A stretch of 53,794 bases of DNA from a virus (IMGVR_UViG_3300015360_000054:1-53794); one strand, 5' to 3'; positions 37,205 through 47,054 are shown, numbered from the stretch's first letter. Notes: a model not told the origin generated them from the sequence alone. Program-made: numbers and translations.

Positions 37205-37560
37205 TAATTTTCGGTAATTTCCATAGATAGGGAGTATATCTCTCCGTTTTGATAGTCTTTACTAAACTTGCTTACTCTACCAGACCACGATTGACTCATA
37301 ATAGTTAGGCTTGGTAAATATGCTCCACCTAAAGCTATTATATAGTTTTCCACTAGGTTTATTTCTTCTGGCTCTCTATTTGCCAGGGTTACTCCAGCAG
37401 TTCTACGAGGAAAACCTAATTTTAAGTCGCTTTTAAATCCGTCTCCAAATGCCATCCTAACGACGGGGGCTTTTTTAGAAATTTGAATACCATTATCGAA
37501 GTAGATTGTTCTTGGGCTTACTAGCCCCAGAAAACCTGACGGAATGATAAAAGAGCTCAT
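37204..37560 (-). CDS. Minor tail protein M-like (distal tail)
   Basis: V...FGDG motif, 118 aa, directly after the tape measure gene. Confidence 0.7.
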   Translation of the reverse strand: MSSFIIPSGFLGLVSPRTIYFDNGIQISKKAPVVRMAFGDGFKSDLKLGFPRRTAGVTLANREPEEINLVENYIIALGGAYLPSLTIMSQSWSGRVSKFSKDYQNGEIYSLSMEITEN

Positions 37561-40500
37561 TACGACGCGCCATATTTATTGAGGATCCCTCCGGGAGCCT
37601 TCTGAGCTAATAGCTCTTTTTGTACTGCCTGTGCTAGCATCTCTCCTAGCTTGCCCATATCTTCTTGGCCTTGAGACTCAGTTTGTGTGTTGCCATTACT
37701 TGCAATGTTAACGTTAACAGCCACATTGTTAGACTGGCTAGACCCACCATGCATTTGTACTGGAATAGAGCGGCCGTTTGGAAGTGGTACTACCGCTTCG
37801 TTGTAACGGCCTTCACCCACTAAGTAGGTTGGCCTCTTAACAACACCTTGGAGGCCTCTTGCGGTGATTCCGCCTTGGGCGAGCGGAATAATTCCGCCAG
37901 CTGCTCCGGCGGGTACAGCACCACCCGCACCAGCTGTGCCGCCTGCTCCAGCCGCAGGCGCTCCTAGGAAAGCACTAGCTATTTTTAGAGCTAACATTTC
38001 TATTAACATCTGAGCAATAGCTTGAAGTACGCCAATTGCTAGATCCCCAAACGCTTGTTTAGCTGATTTACTTCCGTCAATAATACCAGTAAAAGCTGTA
38101 CTCATACCGTCGGTAAAAGCTGACGATACACGGTTAAGTCCTTCCATTGCCGTTTGAACTTCTGCAATTTCTAGAGATTTTAACTTCATACCTTTTAGCT
38201 GATCTTCGTTTGCCCCTATAGCATTAAGGCCTCCTTCATCTTCTACGGCTTTTTCAAAGATACCCTTAGAAGCTCCGGGTAGGAACATACTTTCTTTACT
38301 TAAGTTAAACTTATCGTTACTTTCAACTAATTTCGCCTTAAAAGCATCAAAAATATAATCTATAGACGATCCAGCTAGCGCATCTATTTCTAACTTAAGT
38401 CTTTCCCCTGTAGTAGACACAGCAGATATGTTAGATGCTAAAACATCGCGTATTCCCTGTTCTGCTCTACTCGATATATCTTGTAAATCTTTTAACGGTC
38501 CATTTGTTAACGCATCCGCTCCTGCATCATTTCCATCTTTTCTATATTGAGCGGCTAATAGTTTATATTGCTCCTCTATTATAGTCATTTGCAGGGCAGC
38601 TTGTTCTATTTTTATGTTACTTTCCGCTTCCAGAAATTCTTTTTTAGTTTTCATAGAGTCTAGTTCTAGATTTAGATTATCAATTTGGCGCTGTCTTTCC
38701 TGCTGAGGAGAAATGGCTATTCCTGTTCTTCTTGCCTCCATGTCTTGTCTGATATTGGAGATAGCTAATCTTTCTTTAGCTATTTCTTGGTCTATATTGA
38801 ATATCTCTTTGCGTAGGTCTAGCGCTACTTGATCGGCTGTAAGTTGTCTTTCACTAATAGCTGCTTTACTGCTATACAGGGCTAGTATTTCTTCTTCGTT
38901 AGCTATTTCAGCAGCTGAGTTAGATACTTTTTCGTCTATTAGTTTCTTTTCTAACCTATATATAGAAGACAGAGTAGTCAGTTTAGCTGTAGCCTGAGCT
39001 CTACCTACAGAATCTAGGTTTTGAGTTGCCTCGTCAGCTTTAGCTTTCGTGTACTGAGCGTTATATTCTCTCTGTAGAAATTGCTTTTGTATTACAGCTT
39101 CCTCTTTAGCAATAGCTAAAGATTCTTTTTTAGTTATAAGGTCAGAAGCACCACTAAAAAACTTATCATTAGCTCCAAAAGAAGTACCCGCCTTAGCTAT
39201 TTCCATATTAGCTAGTCTACGTTCTTTTGTGGTTTCTCTTACTGAATCTCGGATGTTTTTTTCTAAGCTATTAATTTTTTGTAAGTCAGCTAAGCTTGAT
39301 AAAAGGACAGTATTTTTTTGCTCTGCTTTTGCAGCAGCACCAACACCTTTTGCTAGGTCTCCTTTAAGTTTAAGCCAAACCTGGCCTACTTCAATAGCCA
39401 GTTTACCTAATGTTACTAGACCCTCTATCCATTCTGCGCTATTTTTTCCGCCATCATTTACAATTTGATTTACTAGTACTTGCTGTACTTTATACTTATC
39501 TAAAGCAGCAGTCATAGTATTTATGCTACCTGTTATATCTTGCCCATAAGCAGCTGATAGTCTACCAAGTCTATCTAAGTCTTCTTTGGATAAATTTAGC
39601 TGCTCCCCAATCCCTCCTAAATCCCGTAGGTTTGTAGTATTTTCTGCCATCTCTTCTAGATGGGAGGCAGTCTCTACTAGAGGGGAATTTAGGTCTTTAG
39701 GTATTGCTTTTTTCATAGCATCTGAAAAACCCTTCGCAGAATCTTGTAGTGCTTTATACTTACCGGTAGTAGCTATTATTTGGGAGCCTTGGGTATCTAT
39801 AATTTCATAGATTTCTGCTTCGGTCCTCTTTCTAGAATTTAAAGAAACAAGTAATTCTTGATACCCGTCTTTGTCAATTAGTTTAACTAATTCTAGTGTC
39901 TCTGTTAATGCTTTTTTAGACGAGTCGTTAAATTTAGCTATTTGACTTTTAAATTTAGCTTCTTCCGACAGGTTCTCAACATAGGCTTTAGAGCTACCAT
40001 TACCTGAGAAAGCCTCAGATAACACTAAAGCATTAAAAGCCTGAGGATTAGCTAAATTAGCCGCTAATTTAGCATCAGCAAATTGCATTTCTTTTTTTAG
40101 TTCAATAAACTCTCTGCCTTTTTCAATTAAACCCTCTAAAGCAGTTATAGCGGCATCTAAGCCCAAACCGCGTTGTCCACGGCCCGGTTCAAACATTTTT
40201 TCTATTTGCTGGCGAGTTTTTTCAGCGCCCTCACCTAATTCTTTTAGTTCTTTCTTTGAAACTTCAAAAGCTTTACGTTCTTTAGTTTTAAAGTGCTCTA
40301 TTAAAGCTAATCCAATTTGAATAGCTGCTGCAACTAAAGCAAATACTCCTAAGGCCGCGTTAAAAGCAGATCCTATTGCCGTTCCAACCGTAGCGAAACC
40401 AGTTCCTACTTTATGTAATCTAGTTGATAGGTTTTCTGTTCCAGTTACTAATCCAGCTAAATCACCACCTAGTAATTTAAAACTAAGTCCTACTGAACTT

Positions 40501-41927
40501 AAATAAGCTCCTCGGATTTGTAAATCTTGTACAGCTGCAAGCTTTACATTACGAGCTTCCTCAACTCCTATTTTAGAGATTAAATTATTCTCTATTGATT
40601 GACCCCTACGAAGAGTACTAATTTGACGCGCAGATTCACGTAGTTCTACGTTAACCGCTTCTAAATCTTTTATTTCTTCTTCGTTAGCGGCTAGCCCTTG
40701 TTGTTTTAATTTATTAATTCTAGTTAGAATTTTGCTTCTCATATCCTCGCGCTCAAGAAGAATATTTTTATTTCTAATATCAAATAAGTCCGCAGATGTC
40801 TGCGGGTCAGACATACCTAGCCTCTCTAATGGGTTTCCGACCATTAGCTTACCCATACCCTCAAATTCACCTATAGCACCAGATTGAGCTTGCGAAACTG
40901 CATCTAAATTTAATCTAAGTCTAGCTGTTTTTTGGCCTACTTTATCCATAGCCTTACCCATATCAGGCAAGATTTTTCCCGCAGCCTCTTTAAAAATACC
41001 CATCATAGGTATTAAAGCTAAGGTAGGAAACATGGTAAGTATATCAATTAGTGGCTTAACAGCCGCATTGGTTAGGTTTAGAAAGCCTGTACCTAAGTCT
41101 TTAACCGAGGCAGCTAATTTATCGTACGGGTTAGCACTAATTTGTTCTGATACATCAGCAAACTTACTTTCACCTTCTGCAAGCACAGCGTTTAAGAAAG
41201 CTTGACGTTTCTCTACTTGAGTTAAGTTACTAACAGTCTTGTTATTAGCCTGCGCGTATATGCGTGAGGCTTCATCGAGGCGAACCATAATACCAAGTTC
41301 GTCCAATAGTTCTGGCTCTAATTTAATTACACCGCGAGTAAGACGATCCATTGCATCGCCCATGTCACGTCCTAGCGCCACAGAAGCACCACGAGCAACT
41401 TTACCTATACGTTCCATTTCATCAATGTTTAAGCCAGCAGCAGTACCTTGTGCCACTACTTTCATAGCATCAGCGTATGAAATAGCATGGTCAGTAATAG
41501 ACTGAAGATCCCTAGCAACTTTACCTAATGCTATACCCGAGCGGGCGCCCATTAGTTCAAGACCTTTGGCTAGCTGCTCTGTCTGAGCGGCTTTTTGCAA
41601 AGCAGTAAAGGCCGCAGTAACCGCGAATAGGTTAGCAGCCAAAGTTGCGTATGCAGCTACTAGGTTATTTGTATCGTTATCGTTATCCTGAAGTCCAGCA
41701 GCAAGCCCAGAAAAATCTCTACCAGAAGCCGAACGATTTGCGGCTGCGCCCCTCATGGTTCTGTTAGATGTAGTGCTAAGCCCCTTATCCTTATAGGGTA
41801 GACGCCCTAGGTTAGCACTAGTTTTACCGGCTGTAGCAAGATTATCTCTTATCTGCTGCGTCTTTTTAACAATGGCATCTGCGCCTGAAGCGCCAAAGTT
41901 CATCATAGCAGAAATTGAAATCTTCAT
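37560..41927 (-). CDS. Tape measure protein
   Basis: 1455 aa helical/coiled coil; T5 pb2-like N-terminus (AYATLAANLFA, KLEPELLDELGI); C-terminal A.GG..VGEG..EAVVPL. Confidence 0.92.
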   Translation of the reverse strand: MKISISAMMNFGASGADAIVKKTQQIRDNLATAGKTSANLGRLPYKDKGLSTTSNRTMRGAAANRSASGRDFSGLAAGLQDNDNDTNNLVAAYATLAANLFAVTAAFTALQKAAQTEQLAKGLELMGARSGIALGKVARDLQSITDHAISYADAMKVVAQGTAAGLNIDEMERIGKVARGASVALGRDMGDAMDRLTRGVIKLEPELLDELGIMVRLDEASRIYAQANNKTVSNLTQVEKRQAFLNAVLAEGESKFADVSEQISANPYDKLAASVKDLGTGFLNLTNAAVKPLIDILTMFPTLALIPMMGIFKEAAGKILPDMGKAMDKVGQKTARLRLNLDAVSQAQSGAIGEFEGMGKLMVGNPLERLGMSDPQTSADLFDIRNKNILLEREDMRSKILTRINKLKQQGLAANEEEIKDLEAVNVELRESARQISTLRRGQSIENNLISKIGVEEARNVKLAAVQDLQIRGAYLSSVGLSFKLLGGDLAGLVTGTENLSTRLHKVGTGFATVGTAIGSAFNAALGVFALVAAAIQIGLALIEHFKTKERKAFEVSKKELKELGEGAEKTRQQIEKMFEPGRGQRGLGLDAAITALEGLIEKGREFIELKKEMQFADAKLAANLANPQAFNALVLSEAFSGNGSSKAYVENLSEEAKFKSQIAKFNDSSKKALTETLELVKLIDKDGYQELLVSLNSRKRTEAEIYEIIDTQGSQIIATTGKYKALQDSAKGFSDAMKKAIPKDLNSPLVETASHLEEMAENTTNLRDLGGIGEQLNLSKEDLDRLGRLSAAYGQDITGSINTMTAALDKYKVQQVLVNQIVNDGGKNSAEWIEGLVTLGKLAIEVGQVWLKLKGDLAKGVGAAAKAEQKNTVLLSSLADLQKINSLEKNIRDSVRETTKERRLANMEIAKAGTSFGANDKFFSGASDLITKKESLAIAKEEAVIQKQFLQREYNAQYTKAKADEATQNLDSVGRAQATAKLTTLSSIYRLEKKLIDEKVSNSAAEIANEEEILALYSSKAAISERQLTADQVALDLRKEIFNIDQEIAKERLAISNIRQDMEARRTGIAISPQQERQRQIDNLNLELDSMKTKKEFLEAESNIKIEQAALQMTIIEEQYKLLAAQYRKDGNDAGADALTNGPLKDLQDISSRAEQGIRDVLASNISAVSTTGERLKLEIDALAGSSIDYIFDAFKAKLVESNDKFNLSKESMFLPGASKGIFEKAVEDEGGLNAIGANEDQLKGMKLKSLEIAEVQTAMEGLNRVSSAFTDGMSTAFTGIIDGSKSAKQAFGDLAIGVLQAIAQMLIEMLALKIASAFLGAPAAGAGGTAGAGGAVPAGAAGGIIPLAQGGITARGLQGVVKRPTYLVGEGRYNEAVVPLPNGRSIPVQMHGGSSQSNNVAVNVNIASNGNTQTESQGQEDMGKLGEMLAQAVQKELLAQKAPGGILNKYGAS

Positions 41928-42331
41928 TTAATCTTCTTCTTACTGTCTGCATATATTTTAGCGACAGCCTTTTGATTTTCTTGTATAAAGTGAACCTCAA
42001 TACTTATTACTAGGTCTAGTAACATTAGTTCGTCCTCTACCCCCGAATACTTAGCTATAATAGGAAAATTCGTATAGTCTTTTCCTATAAACCCGTTATT
42101 AGCTTCAATTCTGTTGCCAAGTCTGTGATACACAGTAAAAGCTAGTTGGCAATCGTAGGATAGGTCTTCGTAGTCTAACGGCATCTTAGCGAGGTCAGGT
42201 TCTTTCCCCAGCTGCTCCATTAGTTTTAGATATTTATTCTTGTCTAGGCCTTTATTACCCTGAGATAAGAATTTATGTAGTATTTCGTAATTAGACTCTA
42301 TCTCCTCTAGTACGAAAAGTTTGTAAGTCAA
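41924..42331 (-). CDS. Tail assembly chaperone, downstream (T-like) frame
   Basis: Lies before the TMP, overlaps the upstream chaperone in the +1 frame and has no convincing own start. Confidence 0.7.
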   Translation of the reverse strand: MTYKLFVLEEIESNYEILHKFLSQGNKGLDKNKYLKLMEQLGKEPDLAKMPLDYEDLSYDCQLAFTVYHRLGNRIEANNGFIGKDYTNFPIIAKYSGVEDELMLLDLVISIEVHFIQENQKAVAKIYADSKKKIK

Positions 42332-42713
42332 AGACCACCTCGTTTAACCAGTTGTCAAAGAAGGTAGATTCTTTAGCTAGGGTGATAGCTTCTTCAATAG
42401 TAAAATCGATTTCTGTATTTTCATCAATTCCCTCTGGTGGGGTAATTGGCAGCAGTTGAGCTGCTACTTTAATAGTAAAGCCTCTCCAGCTTAGCACAGT
42501 AGATTTAATAAATTCTTTTACAAATAGATCCTGATCTAGCTCTTCGGTTTTTAGGTTGCGCTGTCTGTTAAACGATACGTTTGTAGAAGCTTTACGGATC
42601 TTGTTAATTTCTTCTCTAGATAGGTATCCTAGCTTTACTTCAAAGCCGTCTAGACCGTCTACTGGAACCCAGGCTTCTAGTCTTTTGCTAAGATACGATG
42701 TTAGTGTACTCAT
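42291..42713 (-). CDS. Tail assembly chaperone (G-like)
   Basis: GAGAGGA SD before the ATG at 42713; GFEVKLGYLSRE, W.GF; located between tube and TMP genes. Confidence 0.8.
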   Translation of the reverse strand: MSTLTSYLSKRLEAWVPVDGLDGFEVKLGYLSREEINKIRKASTNVSFNRQRNLKTEELDQDLFVKEFIKSTVLSWRGFTIKVAAQLLPITPPEGIDENTEIDFTIEEAITLAKESTFFDNWLNEVVFDLQTFRTRGDRV

Positions 42714-42729
42714 TATGTATTTCCTCTCA

Positions 42730-42765
42730 ATAAAAAAGTGTAGAGTCATTTCTGACCCTACACTT
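42730..42765 (-). terminator. Intrinsic terminator downstream of the major tail gene
   Basis: Minus strand AAGTGTAGGGTCA-GAAA-TGACTCTACACTT followed by TTTT. Confidence 0.8.
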
Positions 42766-42811
42766 ATTCTATGCTTGTTTAACTAAATTGTCAAGCTAAA
42801 TTTTTCCCAAA
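42766..42811 (-). promoter_or_regulatory. Promoter for the chaperone/TMP/tail-tip genes
   Basis: TTTGGGAAAAATTT, TTGACA (42794-42789), 17 nt, TAGAAT (42771-42766). Confidence 0.8.
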
Positions 42812-42813
42812 TC

Positions 42814-43992
42814 TTAGGTAGCTCCAACATAAGTTAGTACAGCTTCATCGTTAGCTGTAATAGTAGATGGCAGACCGTGGAAGGATACGTCTACTGCAAT
42901 CACATCGTCCGTCTGGATAACAGGGAGCTCTATGTGAGCTGTAGGGAGACTTATCTCCATACGTGGGGTGTTACCCGTTCCACCTAGCGTAAATGTTAGA
43001 GCGAAGCTGTTAGTGATTGTGTTAACGTCTGCTAGTCCATCAGATAGTAGCTGACCCGATCCACCGGCAACAGCTTCCTCTAGATAAGCTGTAAAGTTAC
43101 CTGTGATACTTTTGTTACCTGTGATGTGTCCAATTGGCTTGTTAACAACGCCCAGCACCTCAGGTGTCAGGAAGTTAATGTTGTTAGTAAAGGTAATTGA
43201 TCCACCAGTTAGTGTGATATTATACACGCCGTTTGTGGCAGCCCCTGGATAGGTGGTTGTGTTAGCCGCAAGCATCGTAAGCGAAGTAAGCTTGTTACGA
43301 ATGAAGTTATCGCTAAGACTAATGTCTTCACGAATAGCTGCAGATGCGTTGAACGAAGATACTTTGGCTAGGAGCGATCCCATACCCGACCATTCGATCA
43401 TAGCAATACCGTCCACGTCGAACGAGATAGTAGCTTCGTTAACCACGCAATCTGTAATTCTGTAGACTAGTACCTCGTCATCGGCGGGGGTGTCAAAGTT
43501 AGTATCGTTATCATAGGGAGCACCCATTACGAAGTACAAATCAAATATACCTAGCTGAATACGGTTAGACCCAGCAAAAGTAATGTTGGTATCTGTGGCA
43601 TCTGATGTAATGTTAAGCAGCTCAAAGTTATAGTTAGTTGTAATTTGGCCCGGGGTTCCTAGACCAACGAAGTTTGCCCATAGAGCTTCTTCAATGGCGT
43701 GGTGAAAAGTTGCCGTATCGTCAGCAGCACCTGCGCCTGTTCCGGCAGATCTAAAGGGGCGTACATAAGTCGTCATTGACCATTCTGCAGGAGCTAGCGC
43801 GTCGTTAAATTGTCTACGACCACGTTTAGAAATACCCGCAGGGGTAGCCATTTCGTTTAGTACTGTCTCAGATGAAGTGTTAGCCTGAGAAAAGCTGAAA
43901 CCGTCCATAACTGGGATTTCCCAGATTACTGTACCGTTTGTACGAGCTTTCTCAAGATACACCTTAGTATCTCTTTTTAAGAATAGTGACAT
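42814..43992 (-). CDS. Major tail tube protein (T5 pb6-like, apparently without the C-terminal Ig domain)
   Basis: L.RDTKVY, WEIPVMDGFSFSQ, FNDAL.PAEWS.TY.RP, FIRNKL, ITGNFTAYL. Confidence 0.88.
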   Translation of the reverse strand: MSLFLKRDTKVYLEKARTNGTVIWEIPVMDGFSFSQANTSSETVLNEMATPAGISKRGRRQFNDALAPAEWSMTTYVRPFRSAGTGAGAADDTATFHHAIEEALWANFVGLGTPGQITTNYNFELLNITSDATDTNITFAGSNRIQLGIFDLYFVMGAPYDNDTNFDTPADDEVLVYRITDCVVNEATISFDVDGIAMIEWSGMGSLLAKVSSFNASAAIREDISLSDNFIRNKLTSLTMLAANTTTYPGAATNGVYNITLTGGSITFTNNINFLTPEVLGVVNKPIGHITGNKSITGNFTAYLEEAVAGGSGQLLSDGLADVNTITNSFALTFTLGGTGNTPRMEISLPTAHIELPVIQTDDVIAVDVSFHGLPSTITANDEAVLTYVGAT

Positions 43993-44038
43993 TCTTGTTT
44001 CTCCTTACCAGTCTCCTGGCTATGGCACACCTAAGTGC

Positions 44039-44494
44039 CTAGTAATGAACTACCAGTCCTACTTCTCCTACTGAAAAGGGCTCTAATGTTCCTTCGTCAG
44101 TAGATATTGAACCAATAGTTATATCAATAGTTCTTTGGGCTGTTCCTTGTCTATCCGTGTAAGCAAGCCTAGCATTATCCTCTATTACTGTCTCTATGTC
44201 CTCTATTATAGCCTCACACTTATTTAAAGCGTTTTCCTCATTTATAAAAATCATAATTCTTATATTTAAGTATCTATCTTTATACCCGCCAGCTTGGTAC
44301 TCCCTGCTTTCGGAAGAAGGAACTACACAAACGGCTGGAAAATCGGCTATATCAGAATAAAACTTTAAGAAGGTAAAAACGTTTTGATTAAGGTTAGAAA
44401 CATAACTACCAGTACCATTTATTAATTTCAATTTTTCTACTAAAGAAGAAACTATAGTCTGTCTTCTAGTAGTATATATTCTAGAGGCAGTCAT
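44039..44494 (-). CDS. Tail terminator (T5 p142-like)
   Basis: R..IV, F..I.DFP.VCV, E.REY, SISTDEG; synteny. Confidence 0.8.
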   Translation of the reverse strand: MTASRIYTTRRQTIVSSLVEKLKLINGTGSYVSNLNQNVFTFLKFYSDIADFPAVCVVPSSESREYQAGGYKDRYLNIRIMIFINEENALNKCEAIIEDIETVIEDNARLAYTDRQGTAQRTIDITIGSISTDEGTLEPFSVGEVGLVVHY

Positions 44495-46455
44495 TAGTTC
44501 TCCTCGGTTTTCATAAGCATATTATTAAATAGATCAATACCCATTTTTCTTATGGCCCTATCAATTATATAAGCAGGATCCCTAGCTTCTGGGGAGTTCC
44601 AAGGGCTTTTACCCTTAGACTTAGAAAATACTATATAAGGCGACTTCATATAGGTATATGTAATAGTGGCTTCTAATTGGTCTAAATGTTCTACGCTTAA
44701 AATCTTAGCGCTAGAAGCCAATCTTCCACTTCTATTTTGTAACGCTGGATAATTCATCTCGGCTATTACATACTCCCTAAGGCTAGCGTTCATTTTAGCT
44801 ACTATACCTGGGTTAGCCCCAACTCTTGCTTGAGATGCTTTTCTTCCTTTAGGCTTTATAGTTTTTGATTGATTAATAGATTGTTTTACTTCTATTTCCG
44901 CTTTTTTTAAAGTTGAAGTTTTTAAGTTAACTTTTTTAGGCACAAATAATTTTTGAATAGTTTTTGTAATAACAGTTTTTTGCCTTGTCGAATTTTGAAG
45001 GGCTGTTTTAAGTAGATTTTTATCGTCAAAAATTTTAGCTAACATTTTATGTAAAAGTAACGTAGCCGGAGAAGTAGAATTAGGCAGTAAAAGACTTCTG
45101 TAAGCCGCTTCCACTATAGCCCCAGCTTTACCTCCTTTTAGTACGTTGAAGGAAGAAAACTCTACCATGTATTGATTTAACGTTGGAGCATTTACAATAT
45201 TTACTGAAGTAAATGTGTTAAACTTAAGACCGCCCCTAGTACCATCGGCTAAGGTTTGTCTGGTTACTTGTAGTATTTTAACAGTTCCTGCTGTTTTAAC
45301 TAATTCTCTTTGTATCTGTAAAGTTTCTAATTGAGTCAGGTCTCCCAAACTAGAATGCCCTCGTATTTCCGAATTATCTAATAAAGTAGCTTGCTGTATA
45401 AAATCTTTATGCCTAGCTATTTTTTCTTTGTATCCTTCTTTTATCTGGGGAACTAGCTCCTTAGCATGAAGTTTTTCTAATACACTTAACTGAAACTTTA
45501 ATCTTTGCGTAGCGTCACCTATTCTGTGTCCTATGTCATAGTTTATATAGTCAGTAGATGTGTTATCGACAACTGTAAACTCACGAAATAAATTTAAAGT
45601 ATTACCAATATAAAAACTAGTTTCTGGATCTACCCTATAAGATGTATAAGGAATAATATTATCAGGGACAAAAGTTGCCCTATTTTGCACTAGATCCTCT
45701 ACTGTATTATTAGCATCTGGTTCCGGATTAAAAGATTGCTTAATATAATGTCTTTCTAGGACGGTGCCAGTTTCATCAGCTACATCTAATTCCATTCCAA
45801 AAGCTGTTCCGCCAGTACTATACGCTAAAGATATATTGTTATTTTTTATATGCGTTTTTGTCCGTTCCAGAAAAAATAGTTCTAAATCTACAGGAAATGT
45901 ACTCTCTTTTACTCTGTATTGCATTAAGTTAGTGTCACTAACGTTTTTGATAACCTTTTCTGCTCTACTCGCAGCTTTACTTCTTCCACCCACGTTAGAG
46001 GATATGCGAGCAGAAACCTTAGCAGCTGTAAGCTTTTGTGACTCGTCTCCATTAGAATCTAGTCCTAGTCTTTGCATAGCAATAGGATTTTTTGCGTATT
46101 TTTTTACAAACGCGTCAAAATTATCCCAGGTTGTTGGTTTACCGTCCAAGGTTGGCATTACTCTAGGAATAGGACCTCTTCGCCCCCTTATTGTTGTAAA
46201 GAATTCAGAAGTAGAATCCCTACGATCCGACAAAGTTAAATTAATACCCATCTCTTCTAAAACTGCTGATGTTATATCGTTTTTATTACTTTCGGTAAAC
46301 TTATCGTTAGCGATGCCAGGTAGTTTCTTAAATAGTTGTTGGTGGTAGTGAAACAGAGCACTTTCTGGGGTTAATACCTTAAGAATTTTGCTATTGTTAC
46401 GTTTAATAGCATCATTTTCTGCGTTTATTTTTCTTTGCTCTATTCTACCAACCAT
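44494..46455 (-). CDS. Tail completion protein (T5 p143-like C-terminus) with a large N-terminal extension
   Basis: C-terminal L..RSGRLASS, Y.YM..PY.VF, ARDP..II..AI; synteny; 653 aa. Confidence 0.7.
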   Translation of the reverse strand: MVGRIEQRKINAENDAIKRNNSKILKVLTPESALFHYHQQLFKKLPGIANDKFTESNKNDITSAVLEEMGINLTLSDRRDSTSEFFTTIRGRRGPIPRVMPTLDGKPTTWDNFDAFVKKYAKNPIAMQRLGLDSNGDESQKLTAAKVSARISSNVGGRSKAASRAEKVIKNVSDTNLMQYRVKESTFPVDLELFFLERTKTHIKNNNISLAYSTGGTAFGMELDVADETGTVLERHYIKQSFNPEPDANNTVEDLVQNRATFVPDNIIPYTSYRVDPETSFYIGNTLNLFREFTVVDNTSTDYINYDIGHRIGDATQRLKFQLSVLEKLHAKELVPQIKEGYKEKIARHKDFIQQATLLDNSEIRGHSSLGDLTQLETLQIQRELVKTAGTVKILQVTRQTLADGTRGGLKFNTFTSVNIVNAPTLNQYMVEFSSFNVLKGGKAGAIVEAAYRSLLLPNSTSPATLLLHKMLAKIFDDKNLLKTALQNSTRQKTVITKTIQKLFVPKKVNLKTSTLKKAEIEVKQSINQSKTIKPKGRKASQARVGANPGIVAKMNASLREYVIAEMNYPALQNRSGRLASSAKILSVEHLDQLEATITYTYMKSPYIVFSKSKGKSPWNSPEARDPAYIIDRAIRKMGIDLFNNMLMKTEEN

Positions 46456-46458
46456 AGT

Positions 46459-47004
46459 TTACTCCTTATAAAGATCTAGCACACGTCTGATATGATCAGG
46501 AAAGGCTGCTTTGCCATCTTCATGGCGAATAGTAAACGTAGCATGGTTCTTTTCAGGTATGTGCTCGTTCTTTAAGTAGTAGTTAATCAAGTCAATAAGA
46601 GCTAGCTTAAGGTCGGCAGGTATAGTAGCGTATCCGCCTTTATACACCAGCCTTACAGTGCTAACACCGATGGGGAACTTACCGTTTTTAAGGCGGATAG
46701 TATCTATCTTTAGGTCAATTCCATACTCGCTTGCAGTAACTACCTCGTATCCATCTCCATAGTCTGCCGCTAAGCTAGTAATGCTAATAACAGGACATTC
46801 AGATGGAAACAGTACGTCCATATCAAAACGAAAGCTAAAATACTCCGTTTTGTCTACAGCAAAGTACTGATTAAACGATTTTCCGCAATAGTTACGAACT
46901 AATGCGGACACAGAAGGGATAATAAGATTGAGCTTACCGTCTTCAGTAAATCCAGTTATGCCTTCGTAACTTTTAAATTCACTAATTGATATAAGATCAG
47001 TCAT
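46459..47004 (-). CDS. Head completion / head-tail connector (T5 p144-like)
   Basis: EFK.Y, VS.LV..YC, Y.GGY..IP.DLKLA, FPDHI.RVLDLY. Confidence 0.85.
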   Translation of the reverse strand: MTDLISISEFKSYEGITGFTEDGKLNLIIPSVSALVRNYCGKSFNQYFAVDKTEYFSFRFDMDVLFPSECPVISITSLAADYGDGYEVVTASEYGIDLKIDTIRLKNGKFPIGVSTVRLVYKGGYATIPADLKLALIDLINYYLKNEHIPEKNHATFTIRHEDGKAAFPDHIRRVLDLYKE

Positions 47005-47019
47005 ATTATTCCTTATAGG

Positions 47020-47047
47020 TAGGGAGGGCCCCTAAGAAGCCCTCCCC
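47020..47047 (-). terminator. Hairpin or weak terminator after the capsid gene
   Basis: GGGAGGGC-N9-GCCCTCCC with little U-tract. Confidence 0.6.
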
Positions 47048-47054
47048 ATTATAA

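Noticed and set aside
45764-46348. 194-aa + strand ORF and the other antisense or nested ORFs in the track
   Set aside because: They are shadows of well-supported genes on the opposite strand or in another frame, with no SD or recognisable motifs.
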